A stretch of 64,000 nt of DNA from assembly GCA_965240325.2 (NCBI GenBank), contig OZ251222.1, forward strand, positions 930,001 to 994,000. Direction: 5' to 3'. The notes beneath the pieces were generated by a model. It was given only the letters and a program-made list of their open reading frames with translations. It was not told where the DNA came from and did no database searches. The DNA comes from Rebecca billardiae RCC1528. Taxonomy: Eukaryota; Protista; Haptophyta. Position 1 is the first letter of the stretch. Each line of letters begins with the position of its first letter. Positions 58,710 through 64,000 of this stretch are shown here, piece by piece. A program made the translations under genes and the position numbers.

Positions 58710-59273
58710 ATGATGATGATCACGAATCGGCATACCGGACTGTCGACTCCCTTAGCCCGGCTTAGGAATTCTTAGACGAACTGCTTTCACGTCGTCAGAC
58801 ATCAATCAATTCATTATTCAGCAGACATTATTATTGGCAATAACTGAATGCATAATCCCGCGGTCTAGTCGGGACTCGGGTCTGTGAGCAGTGAGTGTGA
58901 CTGTGAGGTCTGTCAAATCACATGAATCATGTTTCATGATACAAGTTCCGAAAGTCGTAGGTCTAACAGTATTCGTCTGAGTTGAGCGCGGCAAGCGCGG
59001 CCGCGGCCGGGCGCGGGCGGGTCTGGCCGAAGTGGCAGCAGACCGCCAGCAGCCGATCTGATGGTTCGGCCAACTGCTGATCCCTCAGAGGATGAGCTTC
59101 AGGCACTCCCTCACGTCAGACGCCGCCCTGCCAACCCTGTCAGAGACCCGTACGGTACCCTGCACCTTTAGCAGGCGTAGTCCCCAGCGTCGCCAGCGGT
59201 CTGCAGGGGGCACGCTGTGTCCCCGGGCAGACGTGGCCGCGTGCACCGGTCACGCACGTCCACGTCGTGCGCC

Positions 59274-59666
59274 TTACAGGCCGTGGATCGGGTGCCTGCC
59301 CGGCGACGGGACGATGGCCTTGCGCCCCTTCTTCCTGCGGTTGCGCAGCACCCGCTGGCCGCTCTTGGTCAGCTTGCGAGCGCGGAAGCCAGAGACGCCC
59401 GCTCGCGCCTTGTTCGATGGGCCCGTGCGGCCCGGGATGGCCATCAGCACACGCGGCAGCTCGAACTGCTCCAGCTCATCAAGCGCGCCATCCACGAGCG
59501 CACCGAGCTGCTCGATCGCCGCCTCAATCGGAGAGGGTGCCGACGGGGCGAGAGCGGCAGCCGACATGGACGTGGTTGAGACGCGCGTCCTGCGCGACGG
59601 CGCGAGCCCGGCGGGCGCGTACGCGGACGCAGCCGCGACGCAGCAGGCGAGGAGCACCGTGCGCAT
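59274..59666 (-). CDS. rpl34: Nucleus-encoded plastid 50S ribosomal protein L34 with a bipartite leader
   Basis: Signal peptide ending ASA-YAP, Ser/Arg-rich transit peptide, C-terminal SGFRARKLTKSGQRVLRNRRKKGRK. Confidence 0.9.
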   Translation of the reverse strand: MRTVLLACCVAAASAYAPAGLAPSRRTRVSTTSMSAAALAPSAPSPIEAAIEQLGALVDGALDELEQFELPRVLMAIPGRTGPSNKARAGVSGFRARKLTKSGQRVLRNRRKKGRKAIVPSPGRHPIHGL

Positions 59667-59789
59667 CGCTGGGCAGGGCCTCGGTGGACTGATGAACCCG
59701 CGAGAGAGCGCAAGGCGTCAGCCGCGTGCCTTCGACTGCGCCGGGGGCGTCCGGGCGCTTTCAGCGTGCATCGACATCCGGACAGGCCG

Positions 59790-60950
59790 ATGGCCGTCAC
59801 AGCCGGCATGGCCATACCGGCGGCGTTTTTTGTCGCGGTTGGCCTCGTCCTGATCTTCACACGCAGGCGCAGTCGAGCTGGTACCCCCGCCGTCCATCAC
59901 GTACGCCTTTCCGACCTTGGCGACGACGTTTTACGCTCTGTGATTCGACACGTGTCACCCCGTGACCGATTCGCTCTCGAGCGCACCAGCCGACTGTTCG
60001 CGCGGCTGGCTTGGGCGTATGGTGAAGAGCGCGGCCGGCTTCCCGAGCAGCTTCATGGGCTGACGGCCCGAGAGCTTGTGACGTGTACCCGCGTACTCGT
60101 TGTGTATGCAGACGTTCGCGGCTCGCGCGGCGCAGCGGATGTGAGATGCAAGCTGCGAGCGGCGAGCTCGCGCCTGGCCGTGCGCTTGCACAACCTCCTC
60201 GATCGAAATGTCCCCGGGCCCGAGCTCGACGCATTCGACGTGGTCCTGGTCTTTCACAACGCTCTGGACTCTTGGCCGCGCGACGCTCTCGGCGACCGAC
60301 TGGCAGACTACGTCGACTCTGGTGGGGGCGTGGTTGTCGCTCTCTTTGCCCTTGTTGACAACACCGCGCCGTTTGACCAAGCTTGGCAGTACCAGCTCAC
60401 CGAGAGCGGCGGTAACCTCGCCCTCGGCGGGCGCTGGTCGCGGGAATCCTACTCGCCGATCCAAGCGGGCAGGCAGGATGAGCGCTGCACACCATGGGGG
60501 CAACTCAGCCTGGGGCAGTGCACGCGCCACGACCACGCTATCATGCGTGGTGTGAGGACATTGCGGGCAGGCTCGTGCTCCTACTTCTGCACCGGACCGC
60601 TGCGCTCCAACCCACCAGCTGCAGTCGTCGCGCACTGGCGTGCACCCCAGCCGTATCTCGACGGCGACGTGGACCTCGCATCGGACGACGACGTCGTCCT
60701 CGTCGCCCTGGGAGCGCCACCGACTCCGCCACAACCACCTGCTGCTGATGGCGAGTGGAGCGGGGCGCCAAGCGGTGTGGCTGCTAGGCCCCGCGTTCCT
60801 GTTCTGAGCCGCGGGACGGTGGTCGGGCTGAACTTGTTCCCGCCGTCATCGGACGCGGATCCCAGTCTGTGGGATGCATCGACGGATGGTGGTCGCCTCA
60901 TGGCAAACGCACTCCTGCATGCCGCCAGGGAACGGGCATTGACATTCTGA
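59790..60950 (+). CDS. F-box-like protein with an N-terminal hydrophobic anchor and a GATase1/ThuA-like C-terminal domain
   Basis: LSDLGDDVLRSVIRHVSPRDRFALERTSRLFARLA; LDAFDVVLVF…LGDRLADYVDSGGGVVV. Confidence 0.7.
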   Translation: MAVTAGMAIPAAFFVAVGLVLIFTRRRSRAGTPAVHHVRLSDLGDDVLRSVIRHVSPRDRFALERTSRLFARLAWAYGEERGRLPEQLHGLTARELVTCTRVLVVYADVRGSRGAADVRCKLRAASSRLAVRLHNLLDRNVPGPELDAFDVVLVFHNALDSWPRDALGDRLADYVDSGGGVVVALFALVDNTAPFDQAWQYQLTESGGNLALGGRWSRESYSPIQAGRQDERCTPWGQLSLGQCTRHDHAIMRGVRTLRAGSCSYFCTGPLRSNPPAAVVAHWRAPQPYLDGDVDLASDDDVVLVALGAPPTPPQPPAADGEWSGAPSGVAARPRVPVLSRGTVVGLNLFPPSSDADPSLWDASTDGGRLMANALLHAARERALTF

Positions 60951-61434
60951 TTCAGTCACACGCATATGTACGCAGTAGTGTGCATGATAATAATATGGCA
61001 ATAATAATCTCAGAATAATGCGATCCATCACCAGACACCATGGCGGCCGGCCTCGGCAGTGCCAGTGTAAGTGTTGCCAGTGTTGATCGGGCTGTTCACC
61101 CGGACTCGGCGGACCGTGAGCCGATTCGGTCCGCCGTAGCTGTGAGGCTTATCTAGCAGCAGAAGCTAGCTACTATTTCATTTCTTTCTCATTCAGCTGA
61201 ATATATATATATATATATATATATAATGTATTTAATTTATTTCAGAAATAATATATATTATTATTATAACCGCCACCGCGGAGTCCCAGGTACTTAGTAG
61301 TATATATTCTCAATTGACCGTAAGCAGATATGACTCTGGCGGACCATATCATTACAACTGCGCTTCTGACTGCCGTGACACGCGGCCCCACTGCGAGCTG
61401 CTAAGTACTCCGATGAGGCTGCCGCCGCTGGTAA

Positions 61435-62322
61435 CTACATCGTTGCCGTTGCGGGCAACGTGGGTGTTGGCCGGAAGGGTGGTACGGGCTGTGAGTAGCG
61501 CTCACGCACGTCATAGAAAGTCGGAAAGCCTGCGATCCCGGGTGAGTGCGCTCCAGAATTACTGGTACCAGCGCGAGTTGGCTGCGAGAATGAGGACGTC
61601 TCTCGCCTTACTGGCTTGCGCTTGAAGCTTGGACCTGTGTATGGCCGCCGTTGGCTTACGATGTGTGCCCCAGGCTGCTCGGCACCTGGTGGTCCGATGG
61701 CGACAGCAGAGAGCTCCGGGACCTGGCGCCTGGCCGAGAAGGTTCGCCCACCAGGCTCTGTGGCTCGCCCAGTGGATCGGCCGAAATCGGCCGTCACCGT
61801 CCTCGGCGCCACTGCTTTGTGATTAGGCGTGTAGCTCGCTGGCCCAACCGACGTTGTTGCTGCGCCGACGCCGCTCGAGAAGCCTGAGCCGTCCAGTGCC
61901 ACCGATCCAGGGGTGCTGGTGCTGATGGTCGGATGCCCACGATGGCGCACCCACCGCAGCTGTCCCATCTGGCTCGGCTGCGCGTTGATGTCCACGTACA
62001 TGACGTGACGGGCAAGCCCCACGGTGCGCATGTATCGGTTGGCGCGCGGCCCCATCGAATACGAGCGCCCAGATCTGCCCCAGTCATCCGACGGGGCGTA
62101 CTGTTGAGGGCCGGGGATGTCCATGTCATACTTGGATACCTGCATACGCGGCAGCGCAGACACAAACATGCTGTGCGTGGCTGCCCGTTGCATGCTGTTC
62201 CTCACGAGCTCCCCATCGTAGGCACCCGGGCCTGGCGTCTTGCGCGCCTCCGATTCGGGCACGGCGAACGACCCCGCTGGTGGTGCGCGCGATCTGAAGG
62301 GGACCGTTGTGATCGATGTCAT
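61435..62322 (-). CDS. SHIPPO-1/ODF3-like PGP-repeat ciliary protein (possibly spliced)
   Basis: TPGPGAYD, IPGPQQY and VGPASYTP repeats. Confidence 0.65.
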   Translation of the reverse strand: MTSITTVPFRSRAPPAGSFAVPESEARKTPGPGAYDGELVRNSMQRAATHSMFVSALPRMQVSKYDMDIPGPQQYAPSDDWGRSGRSYSMGPRANRYMRTVGLARHVMYVDINAQPSQMGQLRWVRHRGHPTISTSTPGSVALDGSGFSSGVGAATTSVGPASYTPNHKAVAPRTVTADFGRSTGRATEPGGRTFSARRQVPELSAVAIGPPGAEQPGAHIVSQRRPYTGPSFKRKPVRRETSSFSQPTRAGTSNSGAHSPGIAGFPTFYDVRERYSQPVPPFRPTPTLPATATM

Positions 62323-62583
62323 CGGTAACACCAACCCTGGCACGAATTCCACGTGGTGTGTTCGCAGCAGGCGCGCACCTAGCGCGCACGCCGCGCTTCC
62401 ACCGACTCCAGTCGCCAAGCGGTCGCCTCGCCGTCAAGCACTGCGCGACGATGAAACGTCGTCGCACAAACACCAGTCTCAAGTCACGACGATCGGTATT
62501 TTGCCCACACCAAATCGCCAAGCATTGCTGCCCGCCAAATTGAAAATGATTGCCCCCCGTAATTTCGTGCTCGATCATCAACG

Positions 62584-63003
62584 ATGACGTCGACGACGGC
62601 GCGTGTGGCGGTCGCCTTCGCGGCGCTCATGGTGTCTGCAGCTCAGGCCGCGGTCGCATCACATGTGCGCTTCTCGCGCATGCCGATGGCATCACTCTCC
62701 CAGCGCACACCCCTCTCGAGTGTCAACATGCTCGTCCCCACAGACGCGCCAGCCATGGTCGCGTCGAGCATGGTCCTGGCCGAGCAGCAGGACGTGTTTC
62801 GGCTGGCTCTAGCTGGCGGAGTTGGCATCATGATCTTCTCGATTGTGAACGCGATGGCAGTGGGTGCCGTCGCGCGTGGTAATTGGGGCGCCTTCGAGGA
62901 AGAGGCCGCGTCGTGGACCGAGGACAATCCGGAGATGAGCGAGATGAGGCGGCGCATGCTTTCAGACGAGGACTTTGAGGGCAACGAGGACGAGGCTCAG
63001 TGA
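62584..63003 (+). CDS. Small membrane protein, probably plastid-targeted
   Basis: Signal peptide, transit-like segment, one TM helix and an acidic tail. Confidence 0.65.
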   Translation: MTSTTARVAVAFAALMVSAAQAAVASHVRFSRMPMASLSQRTPLSSVNMLVPTDAPAMVASSMVLAEQQDVFRLALAGGVGIMIFSIVNAMAVGAVARGNWGAFEEEAASWTEDNPEMSEMRRRMLSDEDFEGNEDEAQ

Positions 63004-63489
63004 GTGCACGGGGAGATCACGCTTGAGCGCGAGGTGCCGACGCGGACATGCTGTTAACCGTACTGCGCACGACCGACGTGCATGGTTTTGGTGGCAGGGT
63101 CAGTCGCGCGGCGGGCTGGGACAACAATGGATTCGCGGAAACTCAAACTCTCAGCACCAAACAGAACTCTGAACTGCGGGCGGGCGCGTCGGACTTCAGC
63201 AGTCTCCGAAGACTATGTCAGACTGAAGATCTATGGCTTCAATCGGGAAGATCTATGGCTCGTATCATATCTGACAGCACTCCGTTGCCACTGGCAACAC
63301 TGTGCCACTGTCACTCACTGTGTCTAGGTACTGTCTGTGGCACTCACTTTATCATATGAGTCAGTATTGAGTCACTTCGCGCCTTCGCGGATGACGAACA
63401 GACGAATGACGATGCTGGCGGTCATGCTGCTGGATTCACTGCGCGGAATCTGCGGATCAATATTCAATAATAATGTTCGCGATCATCAA

Positions 63490-63501
63490 GATAGATGGAT
63501 G

Positions 63502-63545
<44 letters not shown>
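63490..63545. repeat. (GATA)n microsatellite
   Basis: Seen directly in the sequence. Confidence 0.97.
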
Positions 63546-63748
63546 TCTTAGACTTAAACGCGCGGCGTCGTACTCGGTCTCGTAGTAACTGCCGGCCAGG
63601 CCCGAGCCGCGCTCACCGCGTCTGACTCGTCTGAGGCTCCACCCATACGGGCATAGCTGTCGCGAGCTCACCTCGCAGCCTCTGCTCGCCCGTCTCGGCT
63701 GATCCTGCCGAGGGCGAACGGCAGTGCCGTCGGACCTGCCAATCGGAG

Positions 63749-64000
63749 TCACCACTTGATGGTCAGGCCGCTCTGCATCTTCTCGCGGGCGTGGTACTGC
63801 GTGTGCAGGTGCGCGCGGGCGGCAGCCGACATCGGGCCTCCGCTGAGAAGGGCGCCCTCGGCGTACAGCGCGGCTACGCGGTCGTCGACGGATGGCCAGC
63901 CCACGACTGCCTCGCCACTGCTCTCGTGGTGGAGCGCGCGCACGCGCGCCAGCCGCTCCTTGCCGCTCTCGCCGCCGTCCGCGGCCGGCCGTGCCTGCCC
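63749..64000 (-). CDS. 3' end of a hypothetical protein entering from the right edge
   Basis: Open frame …GWPSVDDRVAALY…HLHTQYHAREKMQSGLTIKW*. Confidence 0.6.
   Translation of the reverse strand, partial: GQARPAADGGESGKERLARVRALHHESSGEAVVGWPSVDDRVAALYAEGALLSGGPMSAAARAHLHTQYHAREKMQSGLTIKW

Overview
GC-rich eukaryotic nuclear DNA with short GC-rich spliceosomal introns, signal+transit-peptide (ASAFAP-like) plastid proteins and ciliary genes (BBS4, SHIPPO/ODF3-like). This suggests a flagellated alga with a complex red plastid, possibly a Pavlovales-type haptophyte (inference only). Housekeeping genes (GT2 glycosyltransferase, SPF27/BCAS2, NAD(P)-binding SDR, Yip1-family, Nup88-like, SUI1-domain, BBS4, sulfotransferase, plastid L34, F-box) are interspersed with many non-autonomous DNA transposons, pseudogene fragments and microsatellites. 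The standout locus is a minus-strand gene at 10536-15196. It fuses a predicted myristoylated XK-related membrane domain to an LRR array built from six tandem 429-bp exon+intron cassettes. The introns are near-identical, while the 84-nt exons differ only at four ligand-face codons of LxxLxLxxN, and only at codon positions 1-2. It is a candidate diversifying immune-type receptor, and it lies near a NACHT/WD (NWD-like) pseudogene and a P/Galileo-like foldback element. All calls were made by eye; no database searches were run.
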